This document shows positions 15,982 to 26,026 of a stretch of 32,000 bases of DNA, in pieces. The DNA is from Horticoccus luteus (GTDB lineage Bacteria; Verrucomicrobiota; Verrucomicrobiia; Opitutales; Opitutaceae), in assembly GCF_019464535.1 (NCBI RefSeq), contig NZ_CP080507.1:2280001-2312000 (forward strand). Reading direction: 5' to 3'. Both the position numbers and the translations under genes were made by a program. The stretch's first letter is position 1, and every line of letters starts with the position of its first letter. The notes under the pieces are model-generated. The model was given only the letters and a program-made list of their open reading frames with translations. It was not told where the DNA came from and made no database searches.

Positions 15982-17300
15982 TGGCCCGCCACCGCTGGCG
16001 CGGACTCCTCGGCGGCGCGCTCGTCCAGCAACCGCGCCGCGCGCAACACCTCGCGCGCCACTTCCAACGGCCGGTCCTCGATCGGCGCAAAACCGAAACG
16101 TTCCTGAAACGTTTTCGGATCCGTCACATCGCTCCGCAGTTGCTGCAATCGCAGTTTGCGATCGTCCGCCGCGCTCATCACCACCTCCACCTGCGGCGTG
16201 ATCCCTTTTTCGTGAATACTCACCCCGCTCGGTGTGTAATATTTCGCCGTCGTCAGCCGCAAACCCTCGCCGTTTTTCAATTTGAATACGCTTTGCACCG
16301 AACCTTTGCCGAACGAGCGCTCGCCCACGATCACCGCCTTGCCCGTGTCCTTCAGCGCTCCCGTCACGATCTCCGCCGCGCTCGCCGTGCCTTCGTTGAT
16401 CAAGACCACCGTCGGAATCCGCAGCGGCTCGCCCCGCACTGACGCCCGAAACTCCTCCCGATCCGACGCCTGCCTGCCTTTCGTGTAAACGATGAGTTCA
16501 TTGTTACTGAAAAAGGGCTCCGCCACGTCCACCGCCGCATCCAGCAGGCCGCCGGGATTGTTGCGCAAATCGATGATCAGGCTGTCAGCGCCCAACGCCA
16601 GCAACTTGTCCAGCGCCGCGTCGAAGTCGTCTGCCGTTCGCTCGGAAAACTCCGTCAACTGCAGATAACCCGCTCCACCGGGCAGCAGGTGCACGTCGCG
16701 CACGCTCGCCACTTTGATGACTTCGCGGGTCAGCGTCAGGTCGATCTGCGCGCGCGTCGACGGCCGAAACAGGCTCAACTTCACCTTCGTGTTCTTCTTC
16801 CCGCGCAATCGCTGCACCATCGTTTCCATCGTATCGTCGCGGGACAGCAGTTTGCCATCGACCCCGAGAATTTCATCGCCCCGCGTGATCCCTGCCCGGT
16901 CACCAGGCGTGCCGGCGATTGGCGCGACCACCACAAACCGGTCCTTCACTTTTTCGACCTGCACGCCGATCCCGCTGAAATCACCCGTCAACTCCTCCTC
17001 CAGTTCCTGATAGTCGCTCGACTCGAGAAACTCCGAGTGCGGGTCCAACGATTCCACCATTCCGTGAATCGCCGAATGCGCCAACGCGTCATAGCTCGCC
17101 GCCTTTCCATCCACGTAGTTCTCGTTCACGAGCGCCAGCACTTCGCGCACATAACCCGCCGACCGGTCCAGCTCGCGATTCGGCCAGAAGCTCCACGCCG
17201 CCGCCACCCGCGCAATCGTCACCGTGGCGGCAATGCCGAGCAGAACTCCCGTCACCAACGTGAGGACGCGTTTGAACATCCCGTGCACTGTGGCCATCAC
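15978..17300 (-). CDS. ctpA: Carboxy-terminal processing protease (S41 family) with PDZ domain
   Basis: 440-aa ORF with an N-terminal TM anchor and a PDZ segment (GTPGDRAGITRGDEILGVDG). Catalytic motifs are NEGTASAAEI (Ser) and SFGKGSVQ (Lys). ATG 17279 (MFKRVL...) is an alternative start. Confidence 0.9.
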   Translation of the reverse strand: MMATVHGMFKRVLTLVTGVLLGIAATVTIARVAAAWSFWPNRELDRSAGYVREVLALVNENYVDGKAASYDALAHSAIHGMVESLDPHSEFLESSDYQELEEELTGDFSGIGVQVEKVKDRFVVVAPIAGTPGDRAGITRGDEILGVDGKLLSRDDTMETMVQRLRGKKNTKVKLSLFRPSTRAQIDLTLTREVIKVASVRDVHLLPGGAGYLQLTEFSERTADDFDAALDKLLALGADSLIIDLRNNPGGLLDAAVDVAEPFFSNNELIVYTKGRQASDREEFRASVRGEPLRIPTVVLINEGTASAAEIVTGALKDTGKAVIVGERSFGKGSVQSVFKLKNGEGLRLTTAKYYTPSGVSIHEKGITPQVEVVMSAADDRKLRLQQLRSDVTDPKTFQERFGFAPIEDRPLEVAREVLRAARLLDERAAEESAPAVAGQ

Positions 17301-17402
17301 CCGCGCTTTGTAAATGCTCGCGCTCCGCGACCTCGCTCATCGTGCCGCCCCGCCCGTTGAAACGCATCGACCCGCTGGCGAAACGCGTTCTGCATCGCGG
17401 CC

Positions 17403-18398
17403 ATGTCGCGCCCGGCCGCCGCTCCGCCTTCGCCTGCTTTTCTCTCCCGTTTTCGCGCGCAAGCAGACGCGTCGGCCGCGATGAGCTTCGCGGCGTTCAT
17501 GGATCTCGCGCTTTACGATTCCGTCGTCGGCTACTACCGCGCCCCGCGGCCTCGGGTCGGCAAAGCGCCTGGCACCGATTTTTTCACGGCCACCACGAGC
17601 GGTCCGCTCTTCGGGGAGCTCCTCGTCGCCGCTTGCCGCACGCTCCTCGCCGGCGAAAACCTCGCGGCTTACACCTTCGTGGAAATCGGCGCCGAGCCCG
17701 GCAGTTCGGTGCTCGCCGGGGTTTCCCATCCGTTTGGCGCGACTCGCGAATTTCGCCTCGGTCAAACGCTCGCGCTCGCCAGCCCTTGCGTGGTTTTTTC
17801 CAACGAGCTTTTCGATGCGCAACCCTGCCGGCGCTTCGTCGCTCGCAGTGGGTCGTGGCGGGAGATTTTTGTGCAATTGTGCGCCGACGACACCTTCGTC
17901 GAGATCGAATCGCCTCTTCCTGGCCTGGAAACGTGGCTGCCGCAGCCGCCCGCTACGGAAGGTTATCACCTCGATGCGCCCCGGGCCGCCGCCGAACTCG
18001 CCGCCGCGGTCGCCGCGCAACCGTGGAGCGGCTTGTTTCTCGCCTGCGACTACGGCAAATCCTGGCCGGAGCTCGCTGAGTTCACTCCCGGCGGCACCTG
18101 TCGCGCCTATTTTCGCCACACGCAGTCCAATGACTTGCTCGCGCAGCCCGGCGAACAAGACCTGACCTGCCACGTCTGCTGGGATTGGATCACGGCCGCA
18201 CTCGCCCTGCATGGTTTCTCCTCCGCCACGTTGGAATCCCAAGAAGCGTTTTTCGTGCACCACGCCGGCGACTACCTCGGCCGACTCGTCGCTCAGGAAA
18301 CCAATCCCGCCAGTCCTCGCAAACGCTCGCTCCTGCAACTGCTTCACCCGGCGCATCTCGGCCAAAAATTCCAAGTCCTGCACGCGCGACGCCCATGA
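17403..18398 (+). CDS. SAM-dependent methyltransferase, MidA/NDUFAF7 (DUF185) family
   Basis: 331-aa ORF. The N-terminal FAAFMDLALYDSVVGYY...GTDFFTATTSGPLFGELL and the later SNELFDAQP are typical of the MidA family. Confidence 0.72.
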   Translation: MSRPAAAPPSPAFLSRFRAQADASAAMSFAAFMDLALYDSVVGYYRAPRPRVGKAPGTDFFTATTSGPLFGELLVAACRTLLAGENLAAYTFVEIGAEPGSSVLAGVSHPFGATREFRLGQTLALASPCVVFSNELFDAQPCRRFVARSGSWREIFVQLCADDTFVEIESPLPGLETWLPQPPATEGYHLDAPRAAAELAAAVAAQPWSGLFLACDYGKSWPELAEFTPGGTCRAYFRHTQSNDLLAQPGEQDLTCHVCWDWITAALALHGFSSATLESQEAFFVHHAGDYLGRLVAQETNPASPRKRSLLQLLHPAHLGQKFQVLHARRP

Positions 18399-18467
18399 TC
18401 GGCTTCACTCCTTCGCCGAGAAACAACTTGGCCGCCCTCAGCCGGCTCGCGTAAATTTCCTTCGCCC

Positions 18468-19241
18468 ATGAAACCCCAGCAATTGGCCGCCCAGCTTTAC
18501 ACCGTCCGCGATTTCTGCCGCACCGCCGCAGATTTCGCCGCCACCATCCGCAAGCTCAGAAAAATCGGCTATCCCGCTGTCCAATTGAGCGGTGTCGGCC
18601 CGATTCCCCTGCTCGAAATTAAAACCATTCTCGCGGGCGAAGGCATGATTTGCTGCGCCACGCACGAGGACTCCGCGCAACTCCTCGCCCACCCCGCCCA
18701 GTTTGTCGAAAAGCTTCAGACGCTCGAGTGCCGTCACACGGCGTATCCGTTTCCGGCCGGGGTCGATTTTGGTTCACCCGCCGCCGTCGAAAATCTTGTC
18801 CGCCAACTCGAATCCGCCGGCCGCACCCTCTCCGCCGCGGGCCTGACGCTCGGTTATCACAACCACGCCATCGAGTTCGTGCCGTTTCGCGGTGGCACCG
18901 TGCTGGACTTTATTTACGACACCACCGACGCCCGGCACTTGGTCGCTGAACCCGACACGTTCTGGATCCACTACGGCGGCGGCGACGTCGTCGCGTGGTT
19001 CGAACGCCTCGCCGATCGCATGCCCTGCGTCCACTTGAAAGACTACGGATTCACTCTGCAAAACACGCATCAGTTCTGCGAAGTCGGCCGTGGCAACCTC
19101 GATTGGCGTCGCATTCTGGCCGCCGCGGAGCGTTCCGGCTGCGAATGGTTCATCGTCGAGCAAGACACTTGCCCGGGCGACCCCTTTGAATCCTTGAAGA
19201 TCAGTTACGATTACCTCCGTGCGAATTTTGCCCACGACTGA
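18468..19241 (+). CDS. Sugar phosphate isomerase/epimerase (xylose-isomerase-like TIM barrel)
   Basis: 257-aa ORF with the typical layout (LYTVRD...GY..VQLSG ... YHNH..EF ... VHLKD ... FIVEQD). It is immediately upstream of a sugar ABC transporter. Confidence 0.8.
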   Translation: MKPQQLAAQLYTVRDFCRTAADFAATIRKLRKIGYPAVQLSGVGPIPLLEIKTILAGEGMICCATHEDSAQLLAHPAQFVEKLQTLECRHTAYPFPAGVDFGSPAAVENLVRQLESAGRTLSAAGLTLGYHNHAIEFVPFRGGTVLDFIYDTTDARHLVAEPDTFWIHYGGGDVVAWFERLADRMPCVHLKDYGFTLQNTHQFCEVGRGNLDWRRILAAAERSGCEWFIVEQDTCPGDPFESLKISYDYLRANFAHD

Positions 19242-19265
19242 ACCCTCTTCCTTCGCCCCTCTCTT

Positions 19266-19301
19266 GCGCGCGCCTTGATTGCCGTTGAACGTGGCGCGCG
19301 C
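19266..19301 (+). promoter_or_regulatory. Perfect 9-bp all-GC inverted repeat (stem-loop) between the isomerase and the ABC binding-protein gene
   Basis: GCGCGCGCC (19266-19274) and GGCGCGCGC (19293-19301) are exact reverse complements separated by an 18-nt loop (TTGATTGCCGTTGAACGT). No T-tract follows. Confidence 0.5.
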
Positions 19302-19337
19302 TCATCGCCCCCACCGGACTCGTCGTCCGAACTCCCC

Positions 19338-20273
19338 ATGAAAAAACTGCTCCTCCTTTCGCTGGCGCTCGCCGTGCCCGTGCTCCGCGCCGCCGACTAT
19401 CGCATCGCGGTCATCCCCAAAGGCACCACGCACAGCTACTGGAAATCCGTCGAAGCGGGCGCCAACGACGCGGCAAAAGAACTTCACGTCGACATCGTCT
19501 GGCAAGGCCCGCTCCGCGAAGACGACCGCGCGCAACAAATCTCGCTCGTGCAACAATTCGTCGCTTCGAAGATCTCCGCCATCGTGCTCGCACCGCTCGA
19601 CGAGGTCGCACTCCGCGGTCCCGTGCTGGCCGCCCACGAGCGCCACATCCCCGTCGTCATCATTGACTCCGCGTTGAAGGGCGAACCCGGCCGCGACTAC
19701 GCCAGTTTCGTCGCCACCGACAACCGCCACGGCGGCCAGCTCGCCGGCGAAGAGCTCGTCCGCCTCCTTGGCGGCCACGGCAAAGTCGTCCTCCTGCGGT
19801 GCATGGAAGGCTCCGCCAGCACCGGCGATCGCGAGGAAGGGTTTCTCGCCGTCATGCGCGCCCACCCGCAAATCCAGATGCTCGTGGAAAATCGCTACGG
19901 CGGCGCCACCACCGGTTCCGCGCAGGATGCCGCGATGAATCTCATGGATAAAATCCGCGAGGCCGACGGCATTTTCTGCCCCAACGAATCCACCACGCAC
20001 GGCATGCTGCTCGCGTTGCGGCAAACCGGATTGCTCGGCAAAAAAACCTTCGTCGGTTTCGATGCCGCGCCTCAACTGCTCCAGGCGCTCGCTAAAGGCG
20101 ACATCGCCGCACTCGTCGCCCAAAACCCGCGGCGCATGGGCTACATCGGCGTCGTCAACGCGGTCAAAGCGCTGCGCGGCGAACCCGTCGAGGCGCACGT
20201 CGACACCGGCTGCGCGCTCGTCACGCGCGAGAATCGCGACACCCCGGAAATCAAGAAATTGCTCGGCTTGTGA
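19338..20273 (+). CDS. Sugar ABC transporter periplasmic substrate-binding protein (ribose/monosaccharide-binding type)
   Basis: Track ORF 19275..20273. Preferred start is ATG 19338, giving the signal peptide MKKLLLLSLALAVPVLRA. The mature part (YRIAVIPKGTTHSYWKSVEAGA...) is typical of the Peripla_BP/RbsB-like family. Confidence 0.85.
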   Translation: MKKLLLLSLALAVPVLRAADYRIAVIPKGTTHSYWKSVEAGANDAAKELHVDIVWQGPLREDDRAQQISLVQQFVASKISAIVLAPLDEVALRGPVLAAHERHIPVVIIDSALKGEPGRDYASFVATDNRHGGQLAGEELVRLLGGHGKVVLLRCMEGSASTGDREEGFLAVMRAHPQIQMLVENRYGGATTGSAQDAAMNLMDKIREADGIFCPNESTTHGMLLALRQTGLLGKKTFVGFDAAPQLLQALAKGDIAALVAQNPRRMGYIGVVNAVKALRGEPVEAHVDTGCALVTRENRDTPEIKKLLGL

Positions 20274-21778
20274 ACACCGCCGCCGCCGCTCCGATCCCGC
20301 GGCTGCATCTTGCCGGCGTCCGCAAACGCTTCGGCGCCACGCATGCGCTCGCCGGCGTCACGCTCTCCCTCGCCGCCGGCGAAGTGCATGCACTCGTCGG
20401 TGAAAACGGCGCCGGCAAAAGCACGTTGATGAAGATCCTCGCCGGCGTGCATGCGCCCGACGCGGGCGAAATGCGCCTCGACGGCGTGCCATTCCGCCCC
20501 GCCGATCCTCTCGCCGGCCGCCGCGCCGGCATCGTGATGGTGCATCAGGAACTCGCCATCGCTCCGCATCTTTCCGCCGCGGAAAACATCGTGCTCGGCG
20601 CCGAGCCCGGCCACGCGCTTTTCGTGCCCCCCGGCCGGGTGCGTCAAGTCGCGCGCGAGGCCTTGCAACAACTCGGTCGCACCGATCTCCCGCTCGACGT
20701 TCCCGCCGGCTCTCTCAGCGTCGCCGATCAGCAGATGCTCGAAATCGCCCGCGCGCTCGCCCTCGGCTGCCGCGTGCTGGTCCTCGACGAACCCACCAGC
20801 AGCCTCACGCGCGAAGACGCCGCGCGCTTGTTCTCGCTCGTGCGGCGCCTGCGTGAGCAGGGCCGCTCGGTCATCTACATTTCACACTTTCTCGAGGAAG
20901 TGCAGGTCATCAGCGATCGTTACACGGTCCTGCGTGACGGCGCCACCGTCGGCACCGGCCGCACTGCCGACACCACCGCCGCCGCTCTCGTGCGCCTCAT
21001 GGTCGGGCGGGATGTCAACGAACTCTACGTCCGTTCGCCACGCACTGCGGGCGATGCCGCACTCGCAATCACCGGACTGTCTGGTCGCCATTATCCGCGC
21101 GGCGCCAGTTTAAGCGTTCGCCGCGGTGAAGTGCTCGGGCTCGCCGGGCTCGTCGGCGCCGGCCGCACGGAATTGCTGCGCGCCATCTTCGGCCTCGACT
21201 CCGTTCGCGCCGGCAACATCCGCGTCGCCCAATGGTCCGGCGGCGCGCTCACGCCGCCGCAAGCCTGGGCGCATGGAATGGGCCTCGTGAGCGAAGACCG
21301 CAAAAGCGAGGGCCTCGCGCTCACGTTGAGCATCGCCGAAAACACCACACTCGCGAGCCTGCCGCGCTTCGTCCGCCCAGCCGTTCAACTCGCCGCCGCC
21401 CGCCGCTGGATCGAGCGGCTCGCCATCCGCTGCCACGATGGCGCCCAGCCGGTCGGCGAACTCTCCGGTGGCAATCAGCAGAAAGTCGCCCTTGCGCGGT
21501 TGCTGCATCACGACGTTGACGTGCTGCTGCTGGATGAACCGACGCGCGGCATCGACGTCGGCGCGAAGGAAACAATCTACCGCCTCATCGACGAACTCGC
21601 TTCGTCGGGCAAGGCCGTCCTCCTCGTGAGCAGTTATCTGCCGGAACTCCTCGGCATCTGCGATCGCATCGCCGTGATGTGCCGGGGAGCGCTCGGTCCC
21701 GCGCTGCCACGCGAGGCTTGGACGGAACACGCCATCATGCTCGCAGCCACCCTCGGCACTCATGAATCCGCCGCCTGA
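20270..21778 (+). CDS. Sugar ABC transporter ATP-binding protein with duplicated nucleotide-binding domains (RbsA-like)
   Basis: The GTG start overlaps the upstream stop (GTGA at 20270..20273). Walker A is GENGAGKST. A Walker B (VLVLDEPTSSL) is present, with a second signature LSGGNQQKV and a second Walker B LLLDEPTRGID. Confidence 0.9.
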   Translation: MNTAAAAPIPRLHLAGVRKRFGATHALAGVTLSLAAGEVHALVGENGAGKSTLMKILAGVHAPDAGEMRLDGVPFRPADPLAGRRAGIVMVHQELAIAPHLSAAENIVLGAEPGHALFVPPGRVRQVAREALQQLGRTDLPLDVPAGSLSVADQQMLEIARALALGCRVLVLDEPTSSLTREDAARLFSLVRRLREQGRSVIYISHFLEEVQVISDRYTVLRDGATVGTGRTADTTAAALVRLMVGRDVNELYVRSPRTAGDAALAITGLSGRHYPRGASLSVRRGEVLGLAGLVGAGRTELLRAIFGLDSVRAGNIRVAQWSGGALTPPQAWAHGMGLVSEDRKSEGLALTLSIAENTTLASLPRFVRPAVQLAAARRWIERLAIRCHDGAQPVGELSGGNQQKVALARLLHHDVDVLLLDEPTRGIDVGAKETIYRLIDELASSGKAVLLVSSYLPELLGICDRIAVMCRGALGPALPREAWTEHAIMLAATLGTHESAA

Positions 21779-22757
21779 AACGTCCGCCGCCCCCGCGCTC
21801 CCTCCACCGACCCCGCGCCGCCGGCCGTTGACCGCGTTTGGTCCCGTGATCGGGCTGGTGATCGCGTGCGCCCTCTTCGCTTCGCTGCGTTTCGACACCT
21901 TCGTCACGTGGGATAATTTCGCGATCATGCTCCAGCAAACGGCCGTGATCGGCGCGGCGGCGCTGGGCATGGCAGTGATCATCATTTCCGGCGGCATCGA
22001 TCTGTCGGTCGGTTCGGTTGTGGCGCTCAACACCGTCGTCATCGCGCTCGCGCTGCAGCACGGCTGGTCACCGCTCTCTGCGGCTCTCGCGGGCGTCGCC
22101 GGCGCCGCGTGCTGCGGCCTGTTGTCGGGCGTGCTCATCACGCGCCTGCGACTCACGCCGTTCATCGTTACGCTGGGCTTGATGGGCGCATTGCGCGGCG
22201 CCGCCAAGGGACTCGCCGATCAGCAGCCGATTTATCCTGACGAAACCTGGCTCAACGGCCTGATGCGGCTCGGCGGCCCCGGCTCGCTGCCCGCCGGCGT
22301 CTGGCTCACGCTCGGACTCGCCGTGATCATGGCGTTCGTCCTGCGTTACACCCGTTTTGGCCGGCACGTTTTCGCCCTCGGCTCCAACGAACAGGCCGCG
22401 CGCTTGTGCGGCGTCCCGATCGATCGCCGCAAAATTCTCGTTTACACGCTCGGCGGCGTCTTCGCCGGCGTCGCGGCGGTGCTGCAATTCAGTTATCTCA
22501 CCGGCGGCGATCCCACGACCTCCGTCGGCCTCGAGCTCAACGTCATCGCCGCTGTGGTGATCGGTGGCGCGAGCCTGTTCGGCGGCCAAGGCGGCATCGC
22601 CGGCAGTCTCGTCGGCGCGCTCATCATGAGCGTGGTCGCGAACGGTTGCACGAAACTCGGCCTGCCCAACTGGGTGCAGGAAATCGTCACCGGCGTGATC
22701 ATCGTCGCCGCCGTGCTCATCGACAAACTCCGCACGCGCGACCGCACCAACGCCTGA
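21762..22757 (+). CDS. Sugar ABC transporter permease (RbsC/BPD_transp_2 family)
   Basis: 331-aa polytopic membrane ORF overlapping the ATPase gene by 17 nt. GGIDLSVGS and the C-terminal TGGDPTTSVGLELNVIAAVVIGG are typical of ribose-type permeases. Confidence 0.9.
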   Translation: MNPPPETSAAPALPPPTPRRRPLTAFGPVIGLVIACALFASLRFDTFVTWDNFAIMLQQTAVIGAAALGMAVIIISGGIDLSVGSVVALNTVVIALALQHGWSPLSAALAGVAGAACCGLLSGVLITRLRLTPFIVTLGLMGALRGAAKGLADQQPIYPDETWLNGLMRLGGPGSLPAGVWLTLGLAVIMAFVLRYTRFGRHVFALGSNEQAARLCGVPIDRRKILVYTLGGVFAGVAAVLQFSYLTGGDPTTSVGLELNVIAAVVIGGASLFGGQGGIAGSLVGALIMSVVANGCTKLGLPNWVQEIVTGVIIVAAVLIDKLRTRDRTNA

Positions 22758-22778
22758 GGTTTTCCGCCCCTCTGTTTT

Positions 22779-22800
22779 GTAACCTCGCAGGTTACTTTTT
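22779..22800 (+). terminator. Rho-independent terminator of the sugar ABC operon
   Basis: GTAACCT (22779-85) pairs with AGGTTAC (22789-95) around the loop CGC, followed by TTTTT (22796-22800). It lies 22 nt after the permease stop and overlaps the last codons and stop of the convergent rluD-like gene. Confidence 0.55.
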
Positions 22801-23739
22801 GCGCGCCACACCATCGGCCATCTTTCGCAAAGCCGCGATCAGCGCTTGGAAATCTCCCGGCCAGGGCGCGATCACCTCGAGTGGCTTGCCACTCGCCGGA
22901 TGCGTGAACGCCAGACGCTCCGCGTGCAGCATCACCCGCGGCGGCACCGGCGCGCCTGATGCTTGTTTCCACCCGTAAACCGTGTCGCCCAGCAGCGGAT
23001 GTCCGGCCGACTTGAGGTGCACGCGAATCTGATGCGTGCGTCCCGAATGAATCCGGCAGCGCACGAGCGCCGCCGCTTTGCCAAATGCTTCGAGCCGTGT
23101 CCAGTCCGTCCGCGCCGGGCGTCCGCTTTCGCTCACCGTCATCCGATGGCGTTGCACGGGATGCCGGCTGATTGCGCCCGTGAGGCTGCCGCTCAGCAAC
23201 GCCGGCACGCCGCTGATCAACGCCACGTATTCCTTTTCGAGCGAGCGCGCGGCGAACTGCTCCGCCAACGCGCGGTGGGCCGCATCGTTTTTCGCCACCA
23301 CCAGCACACCCGTCGTATCCTTGTCGATGCGATGCACGATGCCCGGCCGCTCCACCCCGCCGACTCCACTCAATTCCCCGCGACAGTGCGCCAGCAACGC
23401 ATGCACGAGCGTATCATCGCCCGTACCCGCGCCCGGATGCACGACCATGCCGGCCGCTTTGTTCAGCACAATGAGGTGCTCGTCTTCGAACAACACCTCC
23501 AACGGAATTTCCACCGCCTTGAGCTCCGACGGCGCGACCTCGGGTAATGAAAACGCCATCACATCGCCGCCGCGCACATCGTCGCTCTTCCCCATCGCAC
23601 GGCCGTCTTTCGTCACGAGCCCGGCCTCAAACGCGCGTTGCAGCGCCACGCGACTGTGCTCCGGAAATCCCGCCGCCAGCGCTTTGTCGGCCCGCATGCG
23701 CCGCGTGCCTTCGGGCACGACGTAGGTTTGCATCGCCAT
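22792..23739 (-). CDS. rluD: RluA/RluD-family 23S rRNA pseudouridine synthase
   Basis: 315-aa ORF with an N-terminal S4-like segment and the catalytic motif HRIDKDTTGVLVVAK. The downstream RTHQIRVH motif is present. Confidence 0.88.
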   Translation of the reverse strand: MAMQTYVVPEGTRRMRADKALAAGFPEHSRVALQRAFEAGLVTKDGRAMGKSDDVRGGDVMAFSLPEVAPSELKAVEIPLEVLFEDEHLIVLNKAAGMVVHPGAGTGDDTLVHALLAHCRGELSGVGGVERPGIVHRIDKDTTGVLVVAKNDAAHRALAEQFAARSLEKEYVALISGVPALLSGSLTGAISRHPVQRHRMTVSESGRPARTDWTRLEAFGKAAALVRCRIHSGRTHQIRVHLKSAGHPLLGDTVYGWKQASGAPVPPRVMLHAERLAFTHPASGKPLEVIAPWPGDFQALIAALRKMADGVARKK

Positions 23740-23745
23740 GGCGCG

Positions 23746-24747
23746 TCAGTCCGCCGCCTTCGCCAGTCCGTCGATCTCCGCGAGCATCGCCACCCGCGTC
23801 GCCGCGGGCACATCGGCCACCGCCCAACCGTTGCGCGCCACCTGGGCCAGCTCGGCGCGGGTGAAGGTGAGCTCGCGCGCAAGAGTCTCGTATTCGTCGA
23901 CCACCGTGTTGGCGAAACACAGCGGATCATCCGTGCTCACCGTGCACCGCACGCCCGCCTGCATGAATCTCCGGATCGGATGCGCCGCGATCGACGGCAC
24001 CACTCGCAACCCGACGTTGCTGATCGGGCACATATCAAACGTCACCCCGCGGTCCGCGCATAACTGCACCACCTCCGCGTCGTCGATCGCGCGCACGCCG
24101 TGCTGGATGCGCGTCACGCCGAGTTGCTCCACCGCTTCGCGCACGCGGTCCGCCCCGCCGAATTCCCCCGCGTGACACTTCGTCACTTTTCCGGCCGCGC
24201 GCAACCGCGGCCAAACCCGCGCCGTCCACGCCTCCGTCGGCATCTGCTCAAAGCCGTGCAGGTCGACGCCCGTCAGGTCATCCCAGTTTTCCAGATCGTC
24301 GATCGTCGCTTGCAGCGGCCCCGCATACGCGTCGCGCGGCATCCCCGTGAACACCCGCACGTCCAGTCCCGCCGGCACCGCGGCCCGAATCGCCCGGATG
24401 ATCTCCGGCCCCGGCACGCCGATGAACTGCGTGACGGGCAGATGAAAACTTGTCTCCACGTAACGCACGTTTTGCGCCACGTGCTGCGCAAACATCACCC
24501 GCGCCGCCTCGTAATACCGCTCCGCCGTCGTAAACCACGGCAACGCGTTTTCGAGCAGGATGCGCTCGAAGTCGGGAAACGTTTCGTAGCGATAACTCCG
24601 CGCGCGAAACGCCGGCGCCGGCGGAAACCGTTCCGGCTGCCAGGCGGTCAGCAACTCATACGGCAGCGCGCCTTCGACGTGGAGATGCGTCTCCGTCTTC
24701 GGCAGCGCCCGAATGAAACCCCGCGTCGCCTCGTCGAGGCCGCTCAT
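23746..24747 (-). CDS. Adenosine/adenine deaminase family metallohydrolase
   Basis: Track ORF 23746..24915. Preferred start is ATG 24747 ([28 protein letters not shown]), which overlaps the aminopeptidase stop (ATGA at 24744..24747). The HxH metal motif, HAGE and VSTDDP motifs are present. Confidence 0.8.
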   Translation of the reverse strand: MSGLDEATRGFIRALPKTETHLHVEGALPYELLTAWQPERFPPAPAFRARSYRYETFPDFERILLENALPWFTTAERYYEAARVMFAQHVAQNVRYVETSFHLPVTQFIGVPGPEIIRAIRAAVPAGLDVRVFTGMPRDAYAGPLQATIDDLENWDDLTGVDLHGFEQMPTEAWTARVWPRLRAAGKVTKCHAGEFGGADRVREAVEQLGVTRIQHGVRAIDDAEVVQLCADRGVTFDMCPISNVGLRVVPSIAAHPIRRFMQAGVRCTVSTDDPLCFANTVVDEYETLARELTFTRAELAQVARNGWAVADVPAATRVAMLAEIDGLAKAAD

Positions 24748-25865
24748 TCCTGGCCGAGCAGATAAGCCGGATTCAATTTGTGCAAAGACTTCGGCACAAA
24801 CATGCCGTCCTTCCGGATCAGTTTGCCGTCGAACCAAATTTCGCCGCCGCCGTATTCCGGCCGCTGGATGCACACCATGTCCCAATGCACCTGCGACTTG
24901 TTGCCGTTGCCGCAATCCTCGTAGGCCTGACCGGGCGTGAAGTGAAACGAGCCCGCGATCTTCTCGTCGAACAAGATGTCGCGCATCGGCTCAAGAATGT
25001 GCGGATTGAATCCGATCGCGAACTCGCCGATGTAACGCGCGCCGGCATCGCTATCGAGAATGCTGTTAAGGCGTTTCGTGTTGTTGCTCGTCGCTTCGAC
25101 GATGCGGCCTCGCTTGAAAACGAGACGGATGTGATCGAACGAGCTGCCGAGGTAAACCGTCGGCGCATTGTATTGGATCACGCCTTCCACGCTTTCCTTC
25201 ACCGGGCAGGAAAACACCTCGCCGTCGGGGATGTTGCGCAGACCGCCGCATTCCTGCGCTCCAATGCCCTTGATCGAAAACGTCAGGTCCGTGCCCGGTC
25301 CCTTGATCTGCACGCGATCGGTCTTCCGCATGAGATCGGCCAGTGCTTTCATGCCCGGCTTCATCCGCGCGTAATCGAGCGTGCACACCCGGAAATAAAA
25401 ATCCTCAAAGGCTTCCGTGCTCATGCCCGCCTGCTGCGCCATCGACGCCGTCGGCCAGCGCAACACCACCCACTTCGTTTTGCCGACGCGGTGATCGAGC
25501 ACCGGTTTCATGAGCCGGCTGATGAGCTGAACTCTTTCCGGCGGCACATCCGACGCCTCGAAAATATTCTCCGAGCCGCGCAGCGCGATGTAGGCGTCCA
25601 TTTTCTGCATGCGCGCGAGTTCGACTTCGGCGTGGGGCGCGTATTGTGCCTCCTCGGCGCCGAGCGTCAGCTCCCGCGTGACCCGCGCGCGGTGGATTTG
25701 CACCGTCGGATGAGCGCCGCGCGCGCGGGCCGCACGGATCAACGCGATCACCATCGCGTCCGGCACATCGAACGCGTCGATCAGCACGCGCTCTCCCTTT
25801 TTCAAGCCCGTCGAAAAACGAGTCAGGCCTTCCGCCAACGTGTTAAACCGAGGGTCGATAATCAT
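24744..25865 (-). CDS. M29-family aminopeptidase (AmpS/PepS-like)
   Basis: Track ORF 24744..25940. Preferred start is ATG 25865 ([14 protein letters not shown]...); ATG 25883 is the alternative. The C-terminal GEFAIGFNP ... [17 protein letters not shown] ... [10 protein letters not shown] is typical of the M29 family. Confidence 0.8.
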   Translation of the reverse strand: MIIDPRFNTLAEGLTRFSTGLKKGERVLIDAFDVPDAMVIALIRAARARGAHPTVQIHRARVTRELTLGAEEAQYAPHAEVELARMQKMDAYIALRGSENIFEASDVPPERVQLISRLMKPVLDHRVGKTKWVVLRWPTASMAQQAGMSTEAFEDFYFRVCTLDYARMKPGMKALADLMRKTDRVQIKGPGTDLTFSIKGIGAQECGGLRNIPDGEVFSCPVKESVEGVIQYNAPTVYLGSSFDHIRLVFKRGRIVEATSNNTKRLNSILDSDAGARYIGEFAIGFNPHILEPMRDILFDEKIAGSFHFTPGQAYEDCGNGNKSQVHWDMVCIQRPEYGGGEIWFDGKLIRKDGMFVPKSLHKLNPAYLLGQE

Positions 25866-26026
25866 GCGGTATGCTAACCGCATCGGCCGCCTCCCCGGCA
25901 AGGGGGAAAGCGCCCTCCGCGCGCCTGCGTGCTCGCGCATCGCCGGGCCTTGAGCGGGCCTCGTCGGGCGTCAGCACCGGCGCGCGGGCCCCACGTCGGT
26001 TCGCGACCCGGTCGGCCAAATCCCGG

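Noticed and set aside
18997-19004. GGTTCGAA, a tRNA T-arm-like sequence. I also looked generally for tRNA, tmRNA, RNase P and SRP RNA signatures.
   Set aside because: It lies inside the sugar isomerase coding frame, with no flanking acceptor or anticodon arm complementarity. I found no other RNA-gene signatures in the intergenic regions.
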